NCBI GenBank assembly: GCA_051880175.1 | Contig: JBJENM010000162.1 | Location: 17,071-81,070 of the forward strand | Length of the DNA: 64,000 nt | Direction: 5' to 3' | Source of the DNA: Agathobacter sp. | Lineage (GTDB): Bacteria > Bacillota > Clostridia > Lachnospirales > Lachnospiraceae | Part shown: piece by piece, positions 42,732 through 52,411 of the stretch | Layout of the letters: each line of letters opens with the position of its first letter | How positions within the stretch are numbered: position 1 is the first letter of the stretch | Position numbers and translations under genes: made by a program | The notes under the pieces: generated by a model | Told to the model about the DNA's origin: nothing | The model's input: only the letters and a program-made list of their open reading frames with translations | Database searches by the model: none

Positions 42732-43640
42732 TCAATCTTTTTCGCCAAACAGATTATTCGATATGGATGAGAATATCTGGACAATTAAAAGTAATACAAC
42801 GGATACTGCTGCCGCATATCCCATCTCATAACGGATGAATCCGTAATCCTCAATATGGTTTACAATCAGCTGTGCCGCATATCCCGGAGTCGGATTTCCC
42901 GCAAGTAATGTGGAAATCGTACCATTCTGGAACGCTCCGACAATCTGCATGACAGCCGCAAAAAGCATCTGTGGCTTCATACTCGGAATGGTTACATAAA
43001 TCATTTCCTGGAACCGGTTCTTAACGCCATCGATGGCGGCGGCCTCGTAAAGTTCTTCATCTACATTTAAAAGTCCTGCAAGGATTGACAAAAATCCGAT
43101 TCCCATACTGCTCCACAATCCGATGATGATGACGATTGGAAGCAGGTAATTGGTGTTTACCAGCCAGATGATCGGCTCATTTAAGACTCCGATATCCATA
43201 AGCCAGCTGTTGATGTAACCGGTCTGATCTCCGGTAAACATGATCTTCCAGAGAACCGTCATGGCAACACCGGTGGTCATACTGGGCGAATACAGGATGA
43301 GTGCACATATGGTTCTTGGCACCCTCGGAAGATTTGCAAGTGCCCAGGCCAGAAGAAAGGCTAAGACATATCCTCCGACACCCACAATCAATGCGTACTT
43401 TACCGTATTCGGAAGTACATATTTCATGAAGGTATCATCGCTTGTAATCAGGTTTATGTAATTTAAAAATCCCACAAACGTCGGTGTCTGAATCGCGTTA
43501 AAGCTGGTAAATGACAAAATAATTGCCATGACCACCGGCGCAAGTATAAATATTACAAACAGTAATGCATAAGGAAAAACAAACAAATATCCGGTTCTGT
43601 TCGAGCGGCCTGCCCTTCCTTTTTTCAGTAACTTACTCAT
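42732..43640 (-). CDS. Carbohydrate ABC permease (MalF-like)
   Basis: YEAAAIDG loop; MGYAAA. Confidence 0.9.
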   Translation of the reverse strand: MSKLLKKGRAGRSNRTGYLFVFPYALLFVIFILAPVVMAIILSFTSFNAIQTPTFVGFLNYINLITSDDTFMKYVLPNTVKYALIVGVGGYVLAFLLAWALANLPRVPRTICALILYSPSMTTGVAMTVLWKIMFTGDQTGYINSWLMDIGVLNEPIIWLVNTNYLLPIVIIIGLWSSMGIGFLSILAGLLNVDEELYEAAAIDGVKNRFQEMIYVTIPSMKPQMLFAAVMQIVGAFQNGTISTLLAGNPTPGYAAQLIVNHIEDYGFIRYEMGYAAAVSVVLLLIVQIFSSISNNLFGEKD

Positions 43641-43662
43641 TGCTTATCCCCTTCCAGGTCTT

Positions 43663-46635
43663 TTACTCTTTTTCCATAATCTCACGAACTTTATCAACCG
43701 ACGGAACCAGATATTCCTTTATCACATTTCCTTCGCTGTCAATATATCCGAATTCTTCCAGTTTTCGTCCGGTCTCCCGGTTAACGATTTTGACGACCTC
43801 ATCCACCCGGCTTCGAACGTCATCACCGTTTACCACAATATCATTAAATGCATTACTAAGTTCTCGCTCTGTCATGTAGCTTCCTAAAAGTCTCGGAGCC
43901 TCTAAGATGTACTCTGCCTGCTCCATGATGATATTCTTATCCTTTGTAGGATAAGGAAGCTGGGCAAAGGCTTCCAGATTTGCGGTTGGCCAGATATATT
44001 CATCTCCATACATAATCTGGAGCATCTGTCCGAATTCCGCCTGAACAGGAGTACTTGACCACCACTTCATGAATTCCCAGGCATCCTGCTCTCTCTGTTC
44101 GTTTGATTTGAACATAACCGTGCTCTCCGCACCGCCTGACATATAGCGGAGTACCTCTCCCGTCTCTTCATCCACCACGCCGGGAACCAAAGCGATGTCC
44201 CATGAATTTTCAATTTCCGGCGCTGCGTTTAAGATCAGGTTGTAGGAATTAAAGTCTGCGATTCCTATGGCAAGATCTCCATTTCTGAAATGCTGATAGA
44301 AGTTTGGAATATCCACCGGCAGATCATATAAGGTAAAGAGCTCTGTAAGCTCTGTAAAGCCTTCCACCGTTGCTTCCGAATCGATCAGAATGTCCTGGGC
44401 AGTGTCTCCGTACAAGGCTCCGCCATTCTGGAAAATAAGCGGGGATGTACCGTGGAAGTTTCTCATAACAAGCATGGCTGCAGTCGGATAATATACATTC
44501 AGACCTCTCATCTGAAGATCCGGCAGCATTCCGATGAGCTCATCCATGGTGTCCGGTGCTTCCAGTCCAAGCTTCTCCAAAATATCGGTACGGTAGAACA
44601 TAACATAGAAATTCATGGTCTCCGGAAGGGAATACATCCCGTCTCCGATTACGGAAGAAACCAAAAGTCCATCGCTGTATCTTCCAAACACTTCCTTGTA
44701 GTCCTCGAACTGCGTCAGGTCAACAAGGGCGCCTCTGATTCCAAGCTCGAAAGGAATGGAGTAATTAATTCCGGTTGCAATATCCGGGGTATCTCCGGAG
44801 GCATTGGAAAGAATCAGCTTATTTGCATCTGTCATAATTGCAAGGTCAACCTCAATTCCAGTCTGTGGGGTAAACTCCTCGTCGATCATCTTCTGCATGA
44901 TCTCAACATACTGACGCGGGCGGTTTACCCATACCTGGATGTGAGTCTCATCCGTGTTACTTGCGGAGTAAGACTGGCCGAAGAAGGAATAGAAAAACCG
45001 CTTGGCTGAAAGCCCCATGGAGGCAAACAGATTCAGCTTCTTCGGAAGACGCGCATCTTCCTGATACAGATAAATGCGGTCAATGGAGAGGTTGTTATCA
45101 TTAATCAGATCCACAAAGTTTGCGATCTGAGTATTGATCGAGTTTACACTGGTGGAAAGCTCATCTACCCGGTATACCAGCTCGTTGGGTTCTTCTGCCA
45201 GGGTCTCTAGCTGTTTTGCGGCAATCAGGAGATAGGAAAATGCTGCCACATCATCCGGCTCCTCTGCTCCTGTATATACCTGAGCCCTTTCTGCAATCTC
45301 ATAAAGCTGATTTACCCAGCCGTATAAACGATCCTGCACATCCGGAATATATCTTGTAAGCTTTAAATCCCTGTATTTATCCTTGTTGGTTCCGGCTACC
45401 TTAGTTACCTCAAGGGACAAATCGCTGATTCCACTCATAATTTCATCTACTGCTTCAAGGGCATATCTTAGATTATCCATGCTGATGGTCAGTGAAATAG
45501 TATGCTCACCCGGTTCCAAATAAACAGAAAGCTTATTATCCTCCGAATCCGTAAAGGTGGTTGTCTTGTATTTCGTGGTATACTCTACGGAATAGTTCAT
45601 AAATGCATCGTTGGGAACCTGTCCGTCAATCCGGATATCCAGAAATACCGGGAAATCACTTTTTTCCGATTGGCGGTAATTCATTCCAATATAGTAATAG
45701 CCCGCCTTCTCCACATTGTATTTATATGTAATGGTCTGTCCTGCGGTGGAGAAGGAATCTTCATCTACCACATTTAAGACAGTCTCTTTTGCTGAAAGCG
45801 GTTGGATTGCAGAGTCATATTCGCCGGTGGCATGAATGGAAGAATCATTTCTCTGATAGAAATTCTCGGCTTCAATGGTAATCAGCGCATCTCCCTGTGC
45901 AATACTGCTTCCGGTGTAGCCTTCAATTTTTTGTGGCGCAGATAAAGAAATATTTCCTAACAGGAATGTTCCCTCGCTTACGGTCATTTCAAAGGTATGT
46001 GTTCCTTTTTCCAATTGCAGCTTAAGGGGCATGGAGTATCGGTAGCTTGCGTCCATAAGCTTTTTGTGCTCCCACTGAATGCATTTATTCGGAAGCGTAA
46101 CCATCTCATTGCCGTATCGGTCGATGTCCGCTTTCTCATCGGAGATCCAGGTGGTCTCAAATTTTAAGTTACGGGCTTCATAAAACGGATACTCCCCATC
46201 CACCTTAAAGGAGAACTCAATCGGAAGAATCGATGTGTCGTAGGAGAGATAATCAAATCCCACCTCATAGAGAGCGGTCTGCGGAACATCTATGGTAAGA
46301 AGCACCACATCCGAATTGGTCACATCGCACACTGCATTTGCATAGCCATAATTGTCTGTTGAAAGAAGCGGCTCATTCTCTGCTGCAATATTGTCGTTGA
46401 TCGCATAAACCAGATCCGCGCCGGCATAGTCCGAAGCCGTATAGGTTTTGCTCACATTGGTATAATTGAACGTCAGTCGCTCTGTGCTGTAATTTACCTC
46501 TGCAGAGCCTGCGGCTGTCGGGCTCTCATTTCCCTCAGCATACACAACATCTGTGTTTCCAGTCCAACATGCAGAGAGCGCAAGTGCTGCGGCCATAATG
46601 ATTGCTGTAATTTTTGTAGCTTTCTTCCGTTTCAT
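43663..46635 (-). CDS. Large solute-binding protein with N-terminal CBM-like domains
   Basis: 990 aa; signal peptide; LQLEKGTHTF and YLEPGEHTISL CBM-like strands; C-terminal SBP (FTPQTGIEV, YSLPET, AWEFMKWW). Confidence 0.85.
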   Translation of the reverse strand: MKRKKATKITAIIMAAALALSACWTGNTDVVYAEGNESPTAAGSAEVNYSTERLTFNYTNVSKTYTASDYAGADLVYAINDNIAAENEPLLSTDNYGYANAVCDVTNSDVVLLTIDVPQTALYEVGFDYLSYDTSILPIEFSFKVDGEYPFYEARNLKFETTWISDEKADIDRYGNEMVTLPNKCIQWEHKKLMDASYRYSMPLKLQLEKGTHTFEMTVSEGTFLLGNISLSAPQKIEGYTGSSIAQGDALITIEAENFYQRNDSSIHATGEYDSAIQPLSAKETVLNVVDEDSFSTAGQTITYKYNVEKAGYYYIGMNYRQSEKSDFPVFLDIRIDGQVPNDAFMNYSVEYTTKYKTTTFTDSEDNKLSVYLEPGEHTISLTISMDNLRYALEAVDEIMSGISDLSLEVTKVAGTNKDKYRDLKLTRYIPDVQDRLYGWVNQLYEIAERAQVYTGAEEPDDVAAFSYLLIAAKQLETLAEEPNELVYRVDELSTSVNSINTQIANFVDLINDNNLSIDRIYLYQEDARLPKKLNLFASMGLSAKRFFYSFFGQSYSASNTDETHIQVWVNRPRQYVEIMQKMIDEEFTPQTGIEVDLAIMTDANKLILSNASGDTPDIATGINYSIPFELGIRGALVDLTQFEDYKEVFGRYSDGLLVSSVIGDGMYSLPETMNFYVMFYRTDILEKLGLEAPDTMDELIGMLPDLQMRGLNVYYPTAAMLVMRNFHGTSPLIFQNGGALYGDTAQDILIDSEATVEGFTELTELFTLYDLPVDIPNFYQHFRNGDLAIGIADFNSYNLILNAAPEIENSWDIALVPGVVDEETGEVLRYMSGGAESTVMFKSNEQREQDAWEFMKWWSSTPVQAEFGQMLQIMYGDEYIWPTANLEAFAQLPYPTKDKNIIMEQAEYILEAPRLLGSYMTERELSNAFNDIVVNGDDVRSRVDEVVKIVNRETGRKLEEFGYIDSEGNVIKEYLVPSVDKVREIMEKE

Positions 46636-46700
46636 ATTCCGGTAACCCTTCCCAATCCACTCTTTTTATTGTTGCTTTGTTTTAATATTTTTTAAACAAA

Positions 46701-46752
46701 TCTAAATTACTTTAGTTTTTTATATAATACTATCCATCCTATAAAAAGTCAA
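46701..46752 (-). promoter_or_regulatory. Promoter of the ABC operon plus candidate operator
   Basis: TTGACT-N17-TATTAT on the minus strand; TCTAAA-TTAC-TTTAGT at 46701-46716. Confidence 0.65.
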
Positions 46753-46865
46753 TGATTGCCAAATGTTTCACAAGACTCTCGCATCCCCCGCAATCCCAGT
46801 ATTTTCAAGGCTTCTATACATTTTGCACAGTTTTTTGCGATATACTTTGGCTAATTTTAAAGCAC

Positions 46866-46895
46866 AAAAACGAGCAGAAAGTTCTGCTCGCTTTG
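46866..46895 (-). terminator. Terminator after GH51
   Basis: CGAGCAGAA/TTCTGCTCG stem with a U-tract on the minus strand. Confidence 0.75.
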
Positions 46896-46918
46896 CATTT
46901 TTAACCTTTTATATAGTT

Positions 46919-49900
46919 CTAAAGTACTTTGGAAATTACCAATACATTAACAGAATTATCCGGCAGCATCAACTCAGAATAAGAAGAACCATCCTCATCC
47001 GTTCTGATTTCGGCTACCAGTTCCCTTGGCGTTATCCGCTCCTTTTCCTTTCGATTTACATTCGGCGTATGTACCAGCACCTTCTCTTCTGAGAAAAGAC
47101 TGATCCATTTTGCTCTTTTTACCGCCAGATCTTCATATCGAAGCTTCACCCGTTTGGCCACATCGGAAGGATTTACAAGCTTGATATACACAAAGCGTTC
47201 GTCCTCCGTTACAGAATGGAAGATGTCTCTGTTGTAAAATGCCAGTTTCGCATCAAAAGGAGCAAGTCTCGTTTCTTTGGAATTGCCGTAGAAGCCACGG
47301 ATTCTTTTTCCATCCTCCCCTCCAAAATCAATATGGGCCTGATAGTGCTCGTCGGCTTCCAATTCTTCCATATAAAAGCGTCTTAAATTTCCGGCATACA
47401 CGCTGCTTGAATAATCTCCCATGGTATATCCCTGTTTTCCAGCTTTATATACCTTAAGCCCGGTTCCCTCATCCTTCTTTCCGACGCAATATTCATGCAT
47501 GGTAATCCGGCTGCGGTCAAACCGCTTTTTATCCTTATCAAAAGGCTCTCCGGTTATTCCCACTGCAACAGAAAAGCTGCTTCCTTTCTCCCTACTCTTG
47601 ACCGCAACCTCCACGGAATAATCATGATTGTTTTCCTCTGAAAGCGGGATATAATATCCTCCTTCAAACCGGATGAGGTCTTCCTTTTGTATGTCAGTGA
47701 ATTTCTGTTCAAACAAAATGCTGTGATTCAGGTTGGAGATAACCGTAATCCTCTCGATTTCAATTCCTTCCTCCAGAAAGACTGCAACATCTCCCCGGGG
47801 AATCATCCTCTGCTTTTTCCCATCTACATAGGTCCGGTACTCGGTCTCCAGCAGTGAGTTTCCAAGATAGGTCGCAAACAGCTGCTGGACATAATAGTTT
47901 GGTGTCCGCCACACCTGACTGTCATCAAACCAGATTGCATCCGGAGTCCAGCGGTAGGTTCCGTCCGTACTTACCTTATTGAAAAGCGGCGCCGTCGCTG
48001 CTAAGCGCACCACATCGGAATTATTTTCAAAGCCGGTCATAACAGCAGCTTCTGCCACAGCTCCCGCCAGGGTATTTTTCTCACTGGAGGCATATTCTCC
48101 CACAAACACCTTTGAAACCTTATCTTCATTCAGCGTTCCGTTTTCATAGGGCCTGTAATAATAATTGTATCGGTCGGCGTTTTCCAGCAGATATTCATTG
48201 GAGCGGTAATAATGCTCATCCACAATGGTATCCAGATAATCCTTCCTGCGGGAATACCACTCTACATTTTCCTCCACGCTCTTCTTTCCGTCAGAAAAGG
48301 CAATGGTCTCTGGCTTTTCCCAGCCTCCGGCTAAAAATTTCCAGCCATTCTGATAGGCTTCATCATCCGCCTGAGCACCGGCGGTTGAAACAATCCAAAG
48401 CTTATATCCCGGATAGTTGATCTTCATATGACGGTCAATAGCCTCATAGAATTTTTCAAAATTGGCAAAAAATTCTGTTCCCCAGTTTTCATTTCCCACA
48501 CCAAGGTAATGGAGATCAAAGGGTGCCTCATGTCCCATGCTGCTACGGAGTGCTGCCCACTTATTTTTCTTTGTATCTGTGCTGATTGCAAAATCAATCA
48601 GATCGATAAAATTCTGAATATATTTTTCTCTCAGCTCTCCGCCTGCCGGATTGGCATAATCGCTTCGTGCCTGACAAAGCACTCCGCAGGCCATGACCGG
48701 AAGCGGTGTGGCTCCAAGATCCTCGGCAAGCTGAAAATACTCCATATATCCGAGTCCCATAGTCATGGTATAGCCCCATACGTTATAGTTTTCCTTACGG
48801 GTTTCGACAGGTCCCACCGAATCCTTCCAGTCATACACATTTTCCCATATATAGGAGCCTTCCGAAATACATCCCCCCGGAAACCGAAGGAAGCTTGGAT
48901 GCATGTCCTTAAGAGCCAGAACAAGATCCTTCCTTAGTCTGTAATTCTCATTTCCGAGATAATTTGCATGTGCACTGGCACTGCCTTCCTCTTCCCTAAC
49001 GCCCCAGACATTTTCCGGCATGAGGGAAAACATATCAAGCGCCATGTCTCCGATGCATCTGATCCGAAGCTGTCCGATTCCGCTGCCCTCTGCGGTCATA
49101 GGAGCAGCCTGATATTTCTTCCAGGTATCGCTCCCCTCTACCTCAATCGTGCATCTTCCGTAGACAAGGGTCTGGTCTTCATTTACCAGTTCTACTTCCA
49201 GCTTTGCTTTTTCTTTCGCCCTTGCCCAAACCGAAAAATAGTAGTTATTTTTTTCTGTTATCGGCATGGATGACTTTAAATTCTCGTCACAAAAGCCTCT
49301 GTTATAAAGAGTGGTTCCGTTTTCCACTTCGATATAATAGGCATTTGCATCCGGGTCCTCAAGCCCCAGAAAATCATGCAGACCCCCGGTGTTTTTTACC
49401 GTTACCCTTTCCAGATCTCCAAACCAGTACTTCAGCGGATTGTGATTGCGTCCGGTGGATTTTCCGTCTTTTCCGCTTCGAAGATCATAGGTATCAAAGG
49501 TAAACTCCTCAAAGGATCGGTTCTGAATCATCTCCGCGTAAATGCCTCCATCTGCGGAATGATTGATATCTTCAAAAAAAAGTCCGTACAAAGTCTTACT
49601 GATATCGAGGACCTTCTTTTTTCCATGTACCGTTATCTCGGCCTGTGCCATGCCCTCTGGCAAAATTGTAACCGGATAGGTACGTGTGTCTGTTTTTTCC
49701 CCGCAGCTAAGCTTTGCCAGAATTGTAGCTTTGATGGGAGCATCTACCTTTTTTAAAACCCCATCCTCTGTAACCGAATCTGCAGGAATACTCTTCCACT
49801 CCACCGAAACTCTTCCGTCCATAAGTGTCCTTGGAAAAGCCTGGTTCTCTGTCAAAATGTGAGGAATATCCGGCAAGAATTTTTCCTTTGCCATCTTAAG

Positions 49901-50626
49901 AATCTCATCTGCATCAATGGACTCACACATGATGGAAAGGACTTCCTGCTCCTCTAGCGCTTTGCTATAGATGCGAAAATCACTGAGGGCACCGCAGAAA
50001 TCCGGATCTGCGGCAAACTGGGACCGCCCAATATACAACTGTTTTTCCTTCATCTCTTCAAAGGCCTTCCACCAATTTCGGTAGCTTAAATAATTTCCGC
50101 TTGAGGTCTGGCTGATGACTCCATCCGCCACAAGCTCGCCGTTCACATACAGACGCGGTCCCGCGCTGCCGGCTTTTCCGCCCTTTGTTCCTGAAATAGT
50201 AAATGCCACATGGGTCCACTGATTCTCGATTTTTGCCTCACCTGCGTCTGCTGCAATATCCTCCCCTGCAAAGCATACGCCCCGGAAGCATCTGGTAAGA
50301 AACAGGTATGGCCCCGTCTCTCCCATTCCAAAATCCGCGATTCGTTCCCATACGCTGCCGATTTTATTTCCGGTTACCCAGGTAGATATGGTCATTCCCG
50401 TTTCATCTGAGATTTCTTCCAACACGCTCTCCGGCAGTTGCAAAAAGCAGCTTCCATTCTCTCCCCCGCAAAAAAACGCTGCCATTCTTTCGTCTACCAG
50501 CTCAAGAACCGGCGGCTGCATTCCATAAGCCTTTGCATGATGCTCCCTGCCTGAGCAATCCGTCCCCATTTCCTTTTTCCCATCAAATGGATACCATGCA
50601 ACCAGTGTATCTCTTTGCTCTCCCAT
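46919..50626 (-). CDS. GH51 alpha-L-arabinofuranosidase with N-terminal LamG-like domain
   Basis: GLFFEDINHSADGG, LRFPGGC, GNENWG, DEHYY, FVGEY motifs; RBS GGAGGAG. Confidence 0.92.
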   Translation of the reverse strand: MGEQRDTLVAWYPFDGKKEMGTDCSGREHHAKAYGMQPPVLELVDERMAAFFCGGENGSCFLQLPESVLEEISDETGMTISTWVTGNKIGSVWERIADFGMGETGPYLFLTRCFRGVCFAGEDIAADAGEAKIENQWTHVAFTISGTKGGKAGSAGPRLYVNGELVADGVISQTSSGNYLSYRNWWKAFEEMKEKQLYIGRSQFAADPDFCGALSDFRIYSKALEEQEVLSIMCESIDADEILKMAKEKFLPDIPHILTENQAFPRTLMDGRVSVEWKSIPADSVTEDGVLKKVDAPIKATILAKLSCGEKTDTRTYPVTILPEGMAQAEITVHGKKKVLDISKTLYGLFFEDINHSADGGIYAEMIQNRSFEEFTFDTYDLRSGKDGKSTGRNHNPLKYWFGDLERVTVKNTGGLHDFLGLEDPDANAYYIEVENGTTLYNRGFCDENLKSSMPITEKNNYYFSVWARAKEKAKLEVELVNEDQTLVYGRCTIEVEGSDTWKKYQAAPMTAEGSGIGQLRIRCIGDMALDMFSLMPENVWGVREEEGSASAHANYLGNENYRLRKDLVLALKDMHPSFLRFPGGCISEGSYIWENVYDWKDSVGPVETRKENYNVWGYTMTMGLGYMEYFQLAEDLGATPLPVMACGVLCQARSDYANPAGGELREKYIQNFIDLIDFAISTDTKKNKWAALRSSMGHEAPFDLHYLGVGNENWGTEFFANFEKFYEAIDRHMKINYPGYKLWIVSTAGAQADDEAYQNGWKFLAGGWEKPETIAFSDGKKSVEENVEWYSRRKDYLDTIVDEHYYRSNEYLLENADRYNYYYRPYENGTLNEDKVSKVFVGEYASSEKNTLAGAVAEAAVMTGFENNSDVVRLAATAPLFNKVSTDGTYRWTPDAIWFDDSQVWRTPNYYVQQLFATYLGNSLLETEYRTYVDGKKQRMIPRGDVAVFLEEGIEIERITVISNLNHSILFEQKFTDIQKEDLIRFEGGYYIPLSEENNHDYSVEVAVKSREKGSSFSVAVGITGEPFDKDKKRFDRSRITMHEYCVGKKDEGTGLKVYKAGKQGYTMGDYSSSVYAGNLRRFYMEELEADEHYQAHIDFGGEDGKRIRGFYGNSKETRLAPFDAKLAFYNRDIFHSVTEDERFVYIKLVNPSDVAKRVKLRYEDLAVKRAKWISLFSEEKVLVHTPNVNRKEKERITPRELVAEIRTDEDGSSYSELMLPDNSVNVLVISKVL

Positions 50627-50679
50627 TCTCTTCTCCTCCATCTATTTCGCTTGATATTTCAATCATATTTCTTAGATTA

Positions 50680-50736
50680 TCACATTTATTTTAGATTTTG
50701 TTATAATATTTTACATTATACTTTAATATACGTCAA
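50680..50736 (-). promoter_or_regulatory. Promoter of GH51 plus candidate operator
   Basis: TTGACG-N17-TAAAAT; TCACAT-TTAT-TTTAGA at 50680-50695. Confidence 0.5.
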
Positions 50737-50846
50737 CATCTATGATATTAGATTGAGAATATGAGGCGAAGAAGATGGGGAAAAGATGGAGAAAACTTAG
50801 AATTTTGCATTGCTTTTTTATTTTTTTAGATTATAATGAACGAACA

Positions 50847-50946
50847 TTGATAAAGGAAAAAAACTGCCACCGGGTAGTAGATGCGTAAAGCATCCGTTTG
50901 TACATCGTTAGGTCATAGAAGATGTACATGCGGATGCTTATTTTTT
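50847..50946 (+). promoter_or_regulatory. Structured attenuator-like leader of pnuC
   Basis: Stem AAGCATCCG..TGTACATC / GATGTACA..CGGATGCTT + ATTTTTT just before the RBS; 13-codon uORF at 50847-50888. Confidence 0.55.
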
Positions 50947-50955
50947 GGAGGTAGT

Positions 50956-51642
50956 ATGTCAAAATTAAAGAGTTATTTTTCAAAGTCTGAAATCGTTTTA
51001 TGGATAGCTTCTGTAACGGTAATTATAATTTCGTTTTGTACTTTTGACCGAACGAATTATATGATCCTGTGTGCATCTTTGATAGGAGTTACATCTCTGA
51101 TTTTCAATGCAAAAGGGAATCCATTCGGGCAGCTGCTTATGATAGTATTTAGTTTACTGTACGGGATTATTTCATATACTTTTGCTTATTATGGTGAAAT
51201 GATTACGTATCTCGGGATGACAATGCCAATGGCCATATTTTCGTTGATATCTTGGTTAAGGAATCCTTATAATGGAAATACGTCGGAGGTAAAAGTAAAC
51301 AATATTAGTAGAAAAGAAACTTTATACATGTGGATAGGCGCATTGATAATTACGATATTTTTCTATTTTGTATTAGAGCATTTTAATACTGCAAATTTAA
51401 TTCCAAGCACAATCTCTGTTACTACAAGTTTTCTTGCAGCATATTTAACTTTCAAAAGAAGCCCATATTTTGCCTTAGCATATGCTTTGAATGATATTGT
51501 GCTGATTGTATTATGGGTAATGGCAAGCATATATGATATTAGGTATATTTCGGTTGTAGTGTGTTTTGCGGCATTTTTAGTAAACGATATTTATGGTTTT
51601 ATCAATTGGCAAAGAATGAAAGTGAGGCAATATGCAAATTGA
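50956..51642 (+). CDS. pnuC: PnuC-family vitamin/nicotinamide riboside transporter
   Basis: Multi-TM; AKG..GQ, Y..YGE, ND.YGF.NW motifs; AT-rich. Confidence 0.75.
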   Translation: MSKLKSYFSKSEIVLWIASVTVIIISFCTFDRTNYMILCASLIGVTSLIFNAKGNPFGQLLMIVFSLLYGIISYTFAYYGEMITYLGMTMPMAIFSLISWLRNPYNGNTSEVKVNNISRKETLYMWIGALIITIFFYFVLEHFNTANLIPSTISVTTSFLAAYLTFKRSPYFALAYALNDIVLIVLWVMASIYDIRYISVVVCFAAFLVNDIYGFINWQRMKVRQYAN

Positions 51643-51774
51643 TTTCTATAAGTACATCGGTGTTGGCTCTTGTACTTAATGTAATTCTAATCAAATATAT
51701 TTGGAAAAGTATAAGGAAGTAGGAAAATTTTGATTAACAATCGTACCCAGAAACTTTCAGCTTGTCAGAGAAAA

Positions 51775-52039
51775 TTACATATAAACGAAGAAGAATAGAC
51801 GGATTTATCTGTAGCCATCGACCTTTTGGGGATTTGTTTTTTCTTGCATTTACATATAAACAATCAGAAATTATTGAAGTTATATGTAACCTTTGCCTTC
51901 CGAGGAGCTTTTTGGGGCTCGGAATTACATATAAGAGACGAGAAATCAGTGCGCTTATATGTAAGCACCTTCTCTACAGAGGTGCATTTGAGCCAAAAAT
52001 TACATATAAGCGGAGAGAAAGCAGAGTGCTTATATGTAA
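51775..52039. repeat. Array 1: four 75-bp-period units TTACATATAA-N20-TTAT(A/C)TGTA(A/G)-N35
   Basis: Left boxes at 51775, 51850, 51925, 52000; right boxes at 51805, 51880, 51955, 52030. Confidence 0.92.
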
Positions 52040-52107
52040 ACGGCACTTTTCAGTGGCTGAATCTAAGCCCCAATTCGTAGTGGCAACAAGATTGACTGAT
52101 AATAAAA

Positions 52108-52146
52108 GAAAAAAGGCACTCTCCGGTATGGAGAGTACCTTTTTTG
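52108..52146. terminator. Bidirectional terminator
   Basis: AAAAAGGCACTCTCC/GGAGAGTACCTTTTT stem. Confidence 0.8.
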
Positions 52147-52165
52147 TATTGAAGTGTAAATTCGA

Positions 52166-52306
52166 TTATCGACATCCGCCATGGCAGTTGGTGCAATCCC
52201 CATTACAGGAGGATTTCCCATTTTTCTTATTCCGATATATCGTTCTTACCGCCAGTACAACAATTACGGCAACTATGAGAAGTACAATTGCTGTTCCTAA
52301 ATTCAT
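52166..52306 (-). CDS. FeoB-associated Cys-rich small membrane protein (46 aa)
   Basis: MNLGTAIVLLIVAVIVVLAVRTIYRNKKNGKSSCNGDCTNCHGGCR; below the ORF-track cutoff; RBS AAAGGG. Confidence 0.8.
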   Translation of the reverse strand: MNLGTAIVLLIVAVIVVLAVRTIYRNKKNGKSSCNGDCTNCHGGCR

Positions 52307-52371
52307 AGAATCATGTCCCTTTCTGCTGCAAAATATATTTCCTATTTCCCTTTTTACTTTTGTTTGTCTAT

Positions 52372-52411
52372 GAATGAATTTTGCTATTTAAAATCAGAAC
52401 GTTTAAAAGCG
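52372..52411. repeat. Partial hairpin element (copy E)
   Basis: GAATGAATTTTGCTATTTAAAATCAGAACGTTTAAAAGCG matches the left arm of copy A. Confidence 0.8.

Noticed and set aside
51880-51889. dif/Xer site resemblance of TTATATGTAA
   Set aside because: The arms are 20 bp apart rather than 6, and the boxes are multiply repeated.
51775-52039. CRISPR array call for the 75-bp arrays
   Set aside because: Conserved boxes are only 10 bp, the variable segments are mutually homologous, and there are no cas genes in the window.
51762-52373. ORFs across the arrays (203 aa, 84 aa; also 57389-57724) as genes
   Set aside because: The apparent 25-aa repeats follow from the 75-bp palindromic DNA period, several frames on both strands are open, and the 203-aa ORF runs antisense over a credible small gene. 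Not fully excluded.
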